Shown here one piece after another: positions 27,137 through 37,900 of a stretch of 64,000 bases of DNA. The stretch is taken from IMG/VR virus record IMGVR_UViG_3300036770_008730; one strand, given 5' to 3'. Position 1 is the stretch's first letter, and each line of letters begins with the position of its first letter. The translations under genes and the position numbers were made by a program. The notes under the pieces were generated by a model, which ran no database searches, was not told the DNA's origin, and saw only the letters and a list, made by a program, of their open reading frames with translations. Source of the stretch: a virus (lineage: Duplodnaviria > Caudoviricetes).

Positions 27137-30100
27137 ATGTCTAACCATAAAAACCTTGTATTCTTTAACAAAGAAGGAGATTACTTAAATTTCAATTATA
27201 GTGAAGCTAATGATAGATTTGAAGGTGATATTCTCTTTCATGAAAGTTCATCAGACACATACAAAACTGCTGGACTTTATATGCTTGAAAGCGTTCCTTC
27301 TATTGATTATGAAGTTCCGGGTGAATTAGGATTATTAAAATTTCAATTATTTAATGAATATGGATTGCATTTTTATGCAGCAAAATCTTTCACACAGTCG
27401 ATTACAAAAATTGAACCAATCAACAATGACTCTTCTTTTTATTCTAAATGGATTTATGGTATTGATTTTGAATCAAAATTTCCTATAGGAAGTATCATCA
27501 AATTTGATTCTGTTTATTTAGAGTTCACCGACCTCAACAAAACTTATTGTGTAGTTGGTTCAAAGAAAAATGCTATCATGATTATCAGTGAAATTGATAA
27601 TGCTAGCTTTGAAAGTTTATATTATACTACATATACTGATGTGACTACTTATGTTAATAAAACCATTTCAGGTGCTAATTTAGTCGGTGTTTATAATTAT
27701 ATTGATAATTCCTTTAATAATAATTTATCTGGATGGTCTGAACCTGATTTTTATGATAAGTATTATATTGGGAAAAAATTAAATATAGTTGGTAGTGAAA
27801 ACAATGATGGAATTGTTACTGTTACAAATGTCGATGTTACTGACCAAGTTCATTTTGAATATTTTGTGTCGGATTCTAGCTTGCCAATTGGAACTGACAT
27901 ATTGATAGAAGTTATCACTAAAACCGATCTTCCTAAAATTTATGAGTCTGGAATTACAATTACTGGTGATAATAAGATAAAGTTTGACACTGCTTATCTT
28001 TTTCCAAGAATTCTCAAACCAGGAACCGAATTTAAAATTACAGGATCTGTATTCAATGATATCTTTTTTACGGTTTCTGATGTGACTGTATTTGAATCAG
28101 TAAATGTTACCAAATTCTATAGCTTAGGTGAACAGGTTTATTATAATAATTTACTTTTTCAATGTATTCAGGCTTATACACACAGTCATTCTTCTGACCA
28201 GACAAGAAATGTTACTCCTTATAATACAAATTATTGGAGTAAACCGGATTATGTAACTGTTGACCAGTCAACAACCTCTGAAACAATACTTAATGGTCAA
28301 GTTTATCTTACATCCGATAGATATTATTTTGCATATGGTTACACATATAGTCAATCGGTTACTTTGGCTTCTGCTGCTGAAAAGTTCAAAAATGATTTAT
28401 TAGCTTTCAATATAGATTTATTTTATTTAAATGGAAAATTAAAGGCAGACTTAAAGTATCCATCAAAATATAGTGAGGTTAATTTTTATCATACCCAAAA
28501 AGGCCCAACTTATTCGATTGGTGGTTATTTTCAAACTAACGAAAGAATGGTTCAGGTTAGAGAAAATTTAAATTATGAATTAAACTATAATTACAGTAGT
28601 AATTTTAAATACAACATAGTTTTCACAGATATAGATGAGTTTGGTATAAAACTTATATTGAATAAACAAGTTTATGAGGAAGAAATCTCTTATGTTTATA
28701 CTGGATTAGTAATTGATATGCCAAGAACTATAGATAGGACTTTGAGAAATTGGCTATCTAGAAATTATATCAGGTTATATGTTCTCGGAATAGAAGCTGA
28801 ACTGGCTTATATTGGTAGTTTTTATTCGCCTTTTTATAATGCTATAAAATTAAAAACAACCTATCCTAATGTTCCTCTAAATATCAATAATGTGTTGGTT
28901 GGATCAACCGCTGATTATCATATTGAACACTCAAGAGTTATGTTTTATGATTTGGGACCTTATCTCAATCTTAACATAAACGGAGATGATTATGGTATAT
29001 CTACGGTTTATGGTACTGGGTCTATTCCAGATGTTTCCTCAACTCTTACTAATTGGGTAAATGAACATGGTGAAATACTTGCTGAGTATAAAATTATAGT
29101 TAAAAACTATAATAATCTTTTGAAGTTTGATGTAAAAGAAATGGATAGAAGATTAGATTATACAATCAGTACTGGTAAATTGAAAATTCCTGGAATCAAT
29201 GATTATGTAATTACTGATAAATTACCAGGTAGTCTTGGTATGTTAATATCTTCTAATCAGATTACATTGACAGGTACTGGAGACTCATCTTTTGAACTAG
29301 ATGGATTTGCAACTGGTATGGTGGTTACTATTAATAATACTTTTTATCCTTATAATAATCAACAATATAATATTCAATTTTTAGATCCTCTTGTTATGGA
29401 TTTGAGCTATGAGGGTCCTTTTTGGTCAATTGGTGATGCAATTTGTAACTCATCAGCTTTTGTTACTTTGGCTTTCAATTTAGGATTTGGTCAAACTGGT
29501 TGTCAACCCATAGTTGGTCCAACTGGTGGTACTGGTTCTGGAGGACCTTTTGATCCGACTATGTTTAGTCTTTCAATGTTTAGTTTGAGTTATAATCCAA
29601 ATGTTTATACACTAAATACTTATAATTTGAATGCTTATCCGGGTGTTACAGGATTGGTTGATATAATCTATATTCAGTTATCTGAGTCAATTTATGGATT
29701 TGGAGACAATGTTGTTGTACTAGATTCGTATAGTGGTGATTATATAACGACTGTAAATCTTCCAGGAAATACACAAAGTATAGAAATAGAATTTAACACT
29801 GTAAATAATTATTTGTATTGTCTATCTGAACAACAAATAAATGTTGTGGATCCATTACTCAATACTTTAGTTACTACTATTTCTCTTACAAGTTCTAATC
29901 CATCAGCTCAAGCATTTGATATGTTGGTCAATCCATTGAATGGTGATGTTTATGTTACATATAAGAATTGGGCTAGAGTAGATATTTTTGCATCTAATAA
30001 CCTAACTAGTTCTCCATCGGATTTTCTTTCTACATCCTCTGTTAACTTTCCTGTATCCGCGACTCGAACCGGTAAGATGGTTTACAATGAGTTTGAAGTT

Positions 30101-32968
30101 GATATTTATATTACTACGGATGTTGATACTGTTTTGAGAGTCAATGGTGGTGGTGTTAGTAATGGAACAAATAGAACTATACAGACTACGTTTGGTATAC
30201 CTGGATTAACACATTCTATTTTTTATGAGCCTGTGAATGAATCAATCTATGTTTATGGTGGTTCTAGTTTATGGAAAATTGATAATGGTGTCACACAATC
30301 TATACCTTCTATATCTACTTATGGTTTTAATGATATACTTTTCAACAATCTAACAGGTGTGATGAATGTGTCTGATACATCTACTAACTTTTCTAGATTA
30401 GACCTTAATACTAATGTTGCTAATCAAACATCGGTCTCAAATTATGGTTACATAGAGTTGAATCAGTTTGATGGTGATGTTTATTTATCATCTCAATCTT
30501 TAAATAACATCATTGTTGTAAAATCTACTGATGGTACTGTAATTCAAACACTACCAATGGCCGCACAAACAACAAGATTAGTTTATAATCCTGATAGAAA
30601 ATCAATATGGGCTATTCAACCATCATTAAATAGTGTTATTGAGGTTCAAGTTCAGTTGAACAGTTTGATTAATATTTTGCCTGCTACTTATTCACAGCTT
30701 GAGGATAATCAATATGGTACATTATCTCCGGATTATGTTCCTAGACAAAATCTTTGGTTGAAAACCGATGAGTATCTTAGAAGACCGAGAGAAAACTTTG
30801 AAGGGGAAGTTTCTGTTAAATACTATTATAAATGGTTATCTGATAATATTCCTATGTTTTTCCTTTATGATATAAGTGGAGAACAATTGCCAACTACAGG
30901 ACCTTATGCGTATACTGGTCAGAAACCGCTCGAAAATCCATCACTTAATAGATTGCCTAATAAAGATGTTGAGAAAACTGGTGATTCAGAGTATCAACAA
31001 ACAATTTTTGATAAAGTTGAGTATACTTTAAGTTATCTTGATGATGAAGATGATGTTACTATTGAAGTAACACCTATAGAGACTTTTATTGGGTTTAAAT
31101 CAGATGAGGAAGGAGCTTTTAGATCGATTCTTCAATTATATAAAAAAGAGGATATTGAAATAAGTTTTACTGCTAGCGCTACTACTTATTTAAAGTTTGA
31201 AACGGTTGATATAGAAAATTTAACCGGTGATAAAAAAGGAATTATCACTTTGGTTTCTGATTCAGAGACTTTTACTGGTAAGGGACTTAAAAACGGTCAG
31301 TGGATTGCTATCTATGTTAAAGATACGATTAATGTAAAAAATCAATATATTTCTGAAAATAATGGTATTTTAGTAAAAATACGTGAGATATATACAAAGT
31401 ATATTATAATAGATTTTTTCAACAACTCTGTTGATTTTCTTGTTAGTGAAAATACTAGAGTTTTGGATTATCCATCTATATCAAATACTACGTATTTGAT
31501 TACGACAATTAAAGTTATTGATAAGGAAATAGGTAGATTCTTCACTTATGGACAGACAGAGATAGAAGATCCTAGATTTAAAATTGAGCTATCAAATGTT
31601 GGTAAATTAATCGCTCCAAATGAAGTATTTATTTTCAAAGATTATGATATATTTGAAGGTGCTACTGACTGGACTTTCTTAAATGCTAAAAGAAAAGAGA
31701 TGTTGATGATGAAAAATTTAATTTTTCCATATATCGGCGCTTACAAATCTCTTATAAATTCTATAAACTATTTTGGATATAATGATCTTCAATTAAATGA
31801 GTATTATAGAGATATAAATACAAGTTCTCCAAATTTTGGTAAGTTATTTAAGGTTGAAATTCCAGATATCTTTGATAATACTGTTGAAGGTTGGAAAGAG
31901 ACCGATTTCATAAAAGGATTCTCAACAGATAACTATGAAGTTACTAATTCATTCAACCTAACTTATTTTATAACTGATAAGGACGGTAATAATATATTGA
32001 CATATAGCTTAGATGAAATAATTATAAAACTCCAGGGACTAAAGTATTGGTTAAAGAGAAATATTATACCAATAACTCATAAAATTTTAGATATAACTGG
32101 TAGAGCATATAACAGTGGTTCTAACTACATCAAACATCGTGTTCAGGAGATTAGAGTTGTTAATATGAAAGATAGTATGACTCCTATAACTTTCAACATG
32201 AATGAGACATACTTAATGCCTGTAAATAGCGGATCAACAGTTTATAATTGCGTTGTTGACTTCTATAGTATAGTTCCTTTGCCTATGACTCAGAGTCTAT
32301 ATGATGTAATGGATTCAAGAAATTCACCTATTTACAACTCACCACGAGAAAATAAAATAATACCTAAGCCTTATTCTGGTCAATCTGTTGATTATCCTGA
32401 TTATTTCAATCTTAAAATAAGAACATATAAAACATATCCGGAGTGGAATCCATTTCAAACATATGATTTTGGAGAAAATGTAACTTATTTTGGTTCTGTT
32501 TATCAGTCTGCTACACAATCTAATAAACTTAAGAATCCTCGAAAATATGATGATGTTCAAACATTTCAGTCAACAAATAGATATACCGTTGCTGAAGTTG
32601 TAAGGTATAGTGATGAGGTTTATGTTTTTTCTGGACTTGGTTCTACATATTCTGCTACTCAATCAGCTCCTACGCCACTTATAGACTCATCTAATTGGTT
32701 AAGAATTACTGAGTGGAAAAAGATTAATTTACAACCGGTTCAATATATAACTGAATATAGAAAAGGAAATGATTTGAGACCATTTAATTTTTCAATAGAT
32801 TCTAATATTGACCCTTTTTGTGTTATAGAATTGACTACTGATAATGGTTATGGATGTGTTTACACACAGAAAAAGAACTATGAAATAAGAGGTCTTAAAG
32901 ATATTACTCAATCACTTAATCCAGTTGATCCAATTGGTCCATTTTCTCCAATCGCACCTGTTTATTAA
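27137..32968 (+). CDS. Very large structural protein (baseplate/tail), beta-rich, with propeller-like and CBM5/12-like modules
   Basis: 1943 aa, T/S/N/Y-rich; YVTN-like blades; YSLGEQVYYN and WNPFQTYDFGENVTY modules; GAYKSLINSINYFGY..E phage structural motif. Confidence 0.6.
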   Translation: MSNHKNLVFFNKEGDYLNFNYSEANDRFEGDILFHESSSDTYKTAGLYMLESVPSIDYEVPGELGLLKFQLFNEYGLHFYAAKSFTQSITKIEPINNDSSFYSKWIYGIDFESKFPIGSIIKFDSVYLEFTDLNKTYCVVGSKKNAIMIISEIDNASFESLYYTTYTDVTTYVNKTISGANLVGVYNYIDNSFNNNLSGWSEPDFYDKYYIGKKLNIVGSENNDGIVTVTNVDVTDQVHFEYFVSDSSLPIGTDILIEVITKTDLPKIYESGITITGDNKIKFDTAYLFPRILKPGTEFKITGSVFNDIFFTVSDVTVFESVNVTKFYSLGEQVYYNNLLFQCIQAYTHSHSSDQTRNVTPYNTNYWSKPDYVTVDQSTTSETILNGQVYLTSDRYYFAYGYTYSQSVTLASAAEKFKNDLLAFNIDLFYLNGKLKADLKYPSKYSEVNFYHTQKGPTYSIGGYFQTNERMVQVRENLNYELNYNYSSNFKYNIVFTDIDEFGIKLILNKQVYEEEISYVYTGLVIDMPRTIDRTLRNWLSRNYIRLYVLGIEAELAYIGSFYSPFYNAIKLKTTYPNVPLNINNVLVGSTADYHIEHSRVMFYDLGPYLNLNINGDDYGISTVYGTGSIPDVSSTLTNWVNEHGEILAEYKIIVKNYNNLLKFDVKEMDRRLDYTISTGKLKIPGINDYVITDKLPGSLGMLISSNQITLTGTGDSSFELDGFATGMVVTINNTFYPYNNQQYNIQFLDPLVMDLSYEGPFWSIGDAICNSSAFVTLAFNLGFGQTGCQPIVGPTGGTGSGGPFDPTMFSLSMFSLSYNPNVYTLNTYNLNAYPGVTGLVDIIYIQLSESIYGFGDNVVVLDSYSGDYITTVNLPGNTQSIEIEFNTVNNYLYCLSEQQINVVDPLLNTLVTTISLTSSNPSAQAFDMLVNPLNGDVYVTYKNWARVDIFASNNLTSSPSDFLSTSSVNFPVSATRTGKMVYNEFEVDIYITTDVDTVLRVNGGGVSNGTNRTIQTTFGIPGLTHSIFYEPVNESIYVYGGSSLWKIDNGVTQSIPSISTYGFNDILFNNLTGVMNVSDTSTNFSRLDLNTNVANQTSVSNYGYIELNQFDGDVYLSSQSLNNIIVVKSTDGTVIQTLPMAAQTTRLVYNPDRKSIWAIQPSLNSVIEVQVQLNSLINILPATYSQLEDNQYGTLSPDYVPRQNLWLKTDEYLRRPRENFEGEVSVKYYYKWLSDNIPMFFLYDISGEQLPTTGPYAYTGQKPLENPSLNRLPNKDVEKTGDSEYQQTIFDKVEYTLSYLDDEDDVTIEVTPIETFIGFKSDEEGAFRSILQLYKKEDIEISFTASATTYLKFETVDIENLTGDKKGIITLVSDSETFTGKGLKNGQWIAIYVKDTINVKNQYISENNGILVKIREIYTKYIIIDFFNNSVDFLVSENTRVLDYPSISNTTYLITTIKVIDKEIGRFFTYGQTEIEDPRFKIELSNVGKLIAPNEVFIFKDYDIFEGATDWTFLNAKRKEMLMMKNLIFPYIGAYKSLINSINYFGYNDLQLNEYYRDINTSSPNFGKLFKVEIPDIFDNTVEGWKETDFIKGFSTDNYEVTNSFNLTYFITDKDGNNILTYSLDEIIIKLQGLKYWLKRNIIPITHKILDITGRAYNSGSNYIKHRVQEIRVVNMKDSMTPITFNMNETYLMPVNSGSTVYNCVVDFYSIVPLPMTQSLYDVMDSRNSPIYNSPRENKIIPKPYSGQSVDYPDYFNLKIRTYKTYPEWNPFQTYDFGENVTYFGSVYQSATQSNKLKNPRKYDDVQTFQSTNRYTVAEVVRYSDEVYVFSGLGSTYSATQSAPTPLIDSSNWLRITEWKKINLQPVQYITEYRKGNDLRPFNFSIDSNIDPFCVIELTTDNGYGCVYTQKKNYEIRGLKDITQSLNPVDPIGPFSPIAPVY

Positions 32969-32974
32969 ACAAAT

Positions 32975-33006
32975 AAAAAAACCTCTGATTTTTATCAGAG
33001 GTTTTT
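32975..33006. terminator. Bidirectional intrinsic terminator
   Basis: AAAAACCTCTGAT-loop-ATCAGAGGTTTTT between convergent genes. Confidence 0.8.
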
Positions 33007-33017
33007 AAAGTTTTGAA

Positions 33018-33704
33018 TTAAACTTCTTCTTTTTTCTTTGATTTAGAAACTTTTGCCTCTATAACTTCTTCAGAGTTTTCGATACGTCCTTCGATAGTGA
33101 CATTGTTATCAAAAGTTGAAACCCAATCTTGGATATCTTTAGAAAGTTCTTTTCCAGCGTTATCATAGTAATTAAATATTTTACTTATGGATCCTATTCT
33201 TTTTAGAATATTTGCGAATGTGTATGCATCTCTTGTAAGACCTTTGATTTTATGCTTAGAAATTAAGTGATAGATATAAGTGATTTCGGTTGCATCAACT
33301 GGTACAATGATTAAATCTTTATCATTTGTGAACTTTAAACTTTTCATACTACCCATTAAGTTTGTTAACTCTATTGCGAAGAAAACAGTGTTAACATCAT
33401 ATTCTAATTTAGAGATGATTAGGTCTGTTATAAACTTAAATTGTTCTTTATTTAAATGGAAATTGTATTTTGTATCTCTCAATTCAATGATGAAATTTCT
33501 CCATAACTCTTGAGCGTTTTTATAAAGTTCGTCTTTTTCTTTATCTGATTTATTTTTACCGCTGTTTTCTTTCATATAATTATCAATCTCTTGAATTTTT
33601 GTATCCAATGAAATTTCATAATTTGCGTTTATTATAAGATGATTAATTTCATCTTCGATGAAAGATACTTCTGGTTTTACTGTATTAGTTTCAATTTTTG
33701 TCAT
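33018..33704 (-). CDS. Hypothetical helical protein
   Basis: 228-aa ORF in a minus-strand operon. Confidence 0.7.
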   Translation of the reverse strand: MTKIETNTVKPEVSFIEDEINHLIINANYEISLDTKIQEIDNYMKENSGKNKSDKEKDELYKNAQELWRNFIIELRDTKYNFHLNKEQFKFITDLIISKLEYDVNTVFFAIELTNLMGSMKSLKFTNDKDLIIVPVDATEITYIYHLISKHKIKGLTRDAYTFANILKRIGSISKIFNYYDNAGKELSKDIQDWVSTFDNNVTIEGRIENSEEVIEAKVSKSKKKEEV

Positions 33705-33722
33705 ATTGTTGTTTATTATTTT

Positions 33723-33968
33723 TTATCCGTTAATTTTTGTTGGTTGTTGTTCGTATAAGCTTATCAAAGTTTCTAACTTATCTTTAGCATCGGTGTATTG
33801 TGAAATCCATTTATCATGTTCAGTTAATAGGTCTGAGTGTTCTCCGATAGCAGCTAAATTTGTATTTGAAAAGTAAAGTGTGAGATTTGCTTTGGCTTCT
33901 TCCATTTGAAATTCATATTTCTTTTTAAGCGCTGAAATATAATTTTGTCCGTGATTTGGTAGGTTCAT
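33723..33968 (-). CDS. Small conserved-type T4-like phage protein (coiled coil, IGEH motif)
   Basis: ALKKKY..EAKANL..AIGEHSDL. Confidence 0.65.
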   Translation of the reverse strand: MNLPNHGQNYISALKKKYEFQMEEAKANLTLYFSNTNLAAIGEHSDLLTEHDKWISQYTDAKDKLETLISLYEQQPTKING

Positions 33969-33985
33969 ATTAATTTAAATTATTT

Positions 33986-34417
33986 TTATACAATAAACTC
34001 TTCATCTTGAGCTGCATCTTTTTGTTGTTCTTTATATAATTCCTCTACTTTATTAGCTCTTGCTACCTTTTCTACTCCGTATTTATTAACTAATGAGGAG
34101 AAAGTGTTAAGGTCGGTTTTTACTAATTTTATTTTACCGGTCTCAATATTCATATTGATTTTATCAATTTCTTGCTCGAAAAGAATTGTAATTGATTCTT
34201 CATCAAATGCTGCCAATATATCCTCATTTATTGTTACTAATAAGTCTTTCTGTGTTATGAAACAGTAGTTTGGTGCAATTAATTTAATTTTGATTAGTTC
34301 CTTCTGTTTTTCATCGCCAAGAAATTGAAATTTAATTGAAACTGGAAACGTTTTTTTGTTAAAAATCTCGTAAAATGTAGAGATAGTGTCTTCCGACAAT
34401 TGATAAAAATTATCCAT
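33986..34417 (-). CDS. Hypothetical protein
   Basis: 143-aa ORF in the operon. Confidence 0.7.
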   Translation of the reverse strand: MDNFYQLSEDTISTFYEIFNKKTFPVSIKFQFLGDEKQKELIKIKLIAPNYCFITQKDLLVTINEDILAAFDEESITILFEQEIDKINMNIETGKIKLVKTDLNTFSSLVNKYGVEKVARANKVEELYKEQQKDAAQDEEFIV

Positions 34418-34460
34418 TTTATTTTTTTTTATTTTTATACGATTAAGATGATGGTAAGTT

Positions 34461-34892
34461 TTACAATATTATTAAAAATAAAATAGTAAGAATCATTAAT
34501 AATGTTGGAATTACTTTATAGTAAATATTGCTATAGTATTTGTGGCTTTTGAATTGTGAAAATCCTATAACTATTAAGTATGAAAATTTATCTACCTTTT
34601 TTATTTCATAAACTTCATACAATTCTAATAATTTTTTCGCATCTAAGAATTGAGATAACTCTTGAGTATATTGTCTAGTAAAATTCTCAGATATTCTATC
34701 AATATCTGACTTTTTAAGCGAATATGATTCTCCAATTAAAAATTCAGGTATGTTGAGAACAGTATATAATCTATATGATCTATCAATCCTTATATTAAAT
34801 TGCTTTGATAATTCGTCTTCAGAAGATTTTACAACTTTTTTGAATTGTCTGAAAAGTTTTATTTTTTTTAATAAAGATATATTTTTCATCAT
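34461..34892 (-). CDS. Hypothetical protein with C-terminal TM helix
   Basis: Ends VIPTLLMILTILFLIIL. Confidence 0.7.
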   Translation of the reverse strand: MMKNISLLKKIKLFRQFKKVVKSSEDELSKQFNIRIDRSYRLYTVLNIPEFLIGESYSLKKSDIDRISENFTRQYTQELSQFLDAKKLLELYEVYEIKKVDKFSYLIVIGFSQFKSHKYYSNIYYKVIPTLLMILTILFLIIL

Positions 34893-34914
34893 TTACTTAT
34901 ATCTTTTTAATTAA

Positions 34915-37900
34915 TTAAAGTTTAAGAGTCATGTCAGGACCAAAATTTTGACTTGCTAACCATTCGTCTATACCACTAGTATTATAATTGATAGCTTTTA
35001 ACTGAGTAATAATTTGATCTAGTTGGTCTTCTGTCTTACTTTTCTTCACTACTCCTCCAGTTACTGCTGACTTTTTTTCTCCTTGTTCTCCACCTTTTTT
35101 GTCACCTACCGATGGTCTCGCCTTTTTATCCGCTTCTATTAATTTAGAGAATACCGAAGCTTTGGATTCCAATACCGACATCACCCTATCGAACATCTCT
35201 GCGTCCATACTGGCTAATACCGCTATGTTTCCTGTTAATCTTCTTATTATTGAAACTTTCTCACCATCAATTGAAGATAAAGCATTTCCAAATCTTTGTA
35301 ATGATCTTGCTAAAACGTCATAAGCCATAGCGATTTTTACCATACCATCTGCCATCTGAGATATTGGATCTTGACCCACTAGTCTTTTTAACATTCCTCC
35401 AATACCACCACCTTGTTGCATCTTTGAGAATTGTTGAGCTATATAAGCAAAGGCTAGAATGTTAGATCCAACATTTTTCATATAATTTGGATCGATTTTC
35501 ATTTCGAAGAACTTTCTTCCTGTATAAAGAATTTTTGCAGTTTGAACTAAAGACGCTACTGTTCTCGCTACAATACCCACATCAGTTTCTTTTGTAACTG
35601 TTACTTGTTCTGTCACTTTACCACTCAATAATCCTCCTAATCCTGCAACTTTTGTTTTCTTTTCTGTTGTCGTTAGTAAAGCCTCGAGTTGTTTTACTAA
35701 AATCGCATATCCTATTGCCGTTACTGATATATTACCTATCCACGTTGCTGGGATCGTAGCTTTGAATGCTTGTTCGGCCTTCTTTATCATCAATGCGATA
35801 TTTGTAACTGATAAAAACACCGCGTTCATAAGTGATGCTGATAATGTGAATCCTGCAATTCCTCCTTTTTGTTTTGATAGTAATCCAAATAAAGAGTTAA
35901 ATTGTATTACTGTCGTTCCTATAGCTTGGCCCCATTCTTTGGTCGGATAGTTTTTGAAATCGGGTTTAGATTTACCTGGTATTAAAACTCCACCAGCTCC
36001 TAATGTATATCCATTAAGTAACTGTGCTGTTTTAACTATAGCATCAGACATTTGTAAGATACCCATTTTCATTTCCGCGATGACTTCTTTTCCACTTGTG
36101 AACCATCCCTTTCCTTGTAATGCTGCAAATACCGGAGCGAATGCATTTAATGCCGCACCTACACCCTCACCCCATTCTTTTGCTGGATAACTTTTACTCC
36201 AAACAACACCTTTTAGTTTAGTTGGGTCTCCAAAGTATCTTGCTGCCTCAACTATACCTTCACTGATTGCAATTATTGCGCCTTTCATTGCTGCCGCATC
36301 TACTCCTTTACCACCAAATAAACTTATTATTGATCCTTGTGATAGTATTGATAATACTGGAGCGAATGCTCCTATTGCTGTTCCAACACCCTCAGCCCAT
36401 TCTTTTGTTGGTGCTTTCTTCCAAACTCCTTTATTTTTTGGACTTGCAAATAGTTCAGCTGCGGTCATAATACCTCCTGATACGGTAACTATTGCCTTGG
36501 CAAAATCATCTGGTCCAATACCGCCACCACCGAATAATTTCATTACACCATTTGCCATTAACATACCATAGATTGGTGAAAATGCTCCTAAAGCGATTGC
36601 GATACCTGTCGCCCATTCAACTGTTGGTCCTTTCTTATATTGACCTTTTGCTAAAATAAATGAAACTCCCACTATTGTCGCAGCTATCTGAAGCATCATT
36701 TTCTGAGCTTTCTCAAATGGATCTTCCGCTCCAAAGAACTTCATTACACCACCTGCTAATCCTAATACACCTAATGCAATTATAGCAGGTACAAATGCTC
36801 CGTATAATAAAGCTACTGACATTGCCCAAGGAAGCATTCCCTGAACATTATATTTTCCTTTTATTAAGATGTGTGATGCAGCTACTATTGTTCCTGCTAC
36901 AACAAGTATTGCACCGAGACCCGCTGCAAAAATTAAGGCCTGTGGTCCAAATACAGCTAATCCTAATACAAATGCTGCAATACCAAATGCTGCTAAAGAG
37001 GCACCTACTCCTAACACCCACTTAAGACCTGGATAATTACCATATTTTCCAGCGTTTAGTATGTGTGATGCCACTGTTATTACTGCGGCGATAATTAGAA
37101 TTGCTAGTCCACCTTTTAGATATGTCATTGGACCACCCAGTGTGTTCAATATCTTAGCTACTACTCCTATTACAACTGCAGCTATGCCTAAAATTACACT
37201 AAAGAATAAAAGTTTGAATAGTCCCGCAAATGACATACTTTCAAAAAACTTCATAGCTTTCGATAGAATAAGTGCTGATATTGCTAAGGTTATTGCTAAT
37301 ATTGTAAAGAATACAGGCATTTTTATAATAGCTCCCCAAGAAACTTTTTCAATAATTTTACTTGCAATTCCGAATATTATACCTAAAATTCCAAGAACCG
37401 CACCTAAGACTAAAATTCTTAACATAGTAATGAAGTCTATTTGAAAAAATGCTTGACTTTTATATAAAATAAACGCCGAAGCAGCTATAGATAAAGTTAT
37501 TAATGTGAAGAATAATGGTAGAAGTAAGACGTTTTTCCAAGTTATATTTCCTATAATTTTAGTAGCGATTCCAAATATTACACCTAAAATACCTACTACA
37601 GCTCCAAGTGCTAAAATTCTCAACATTGTAATCCATTCTATATTAAAAAATTCTCTCGATATCCAGAAAATATACGCTGATGCTGCTATAGCTAATGATA
37701 TCAGTGTAAAGAATGCTGGAATTTTCGGAACATCTTTCCAATCCATCTTTCCAAGTGCAGTAGCTATTCTTTTTATAGAAAATGATAGAACAAAGAATAA
37801 AGCCGCTATCATTATAGAACCTATAAATGCTTGAATTCCTATTGGTTGAACCATTCCTAAGAATTTAGATGATGCCCACATTGCTATTGAAAATGCAACA

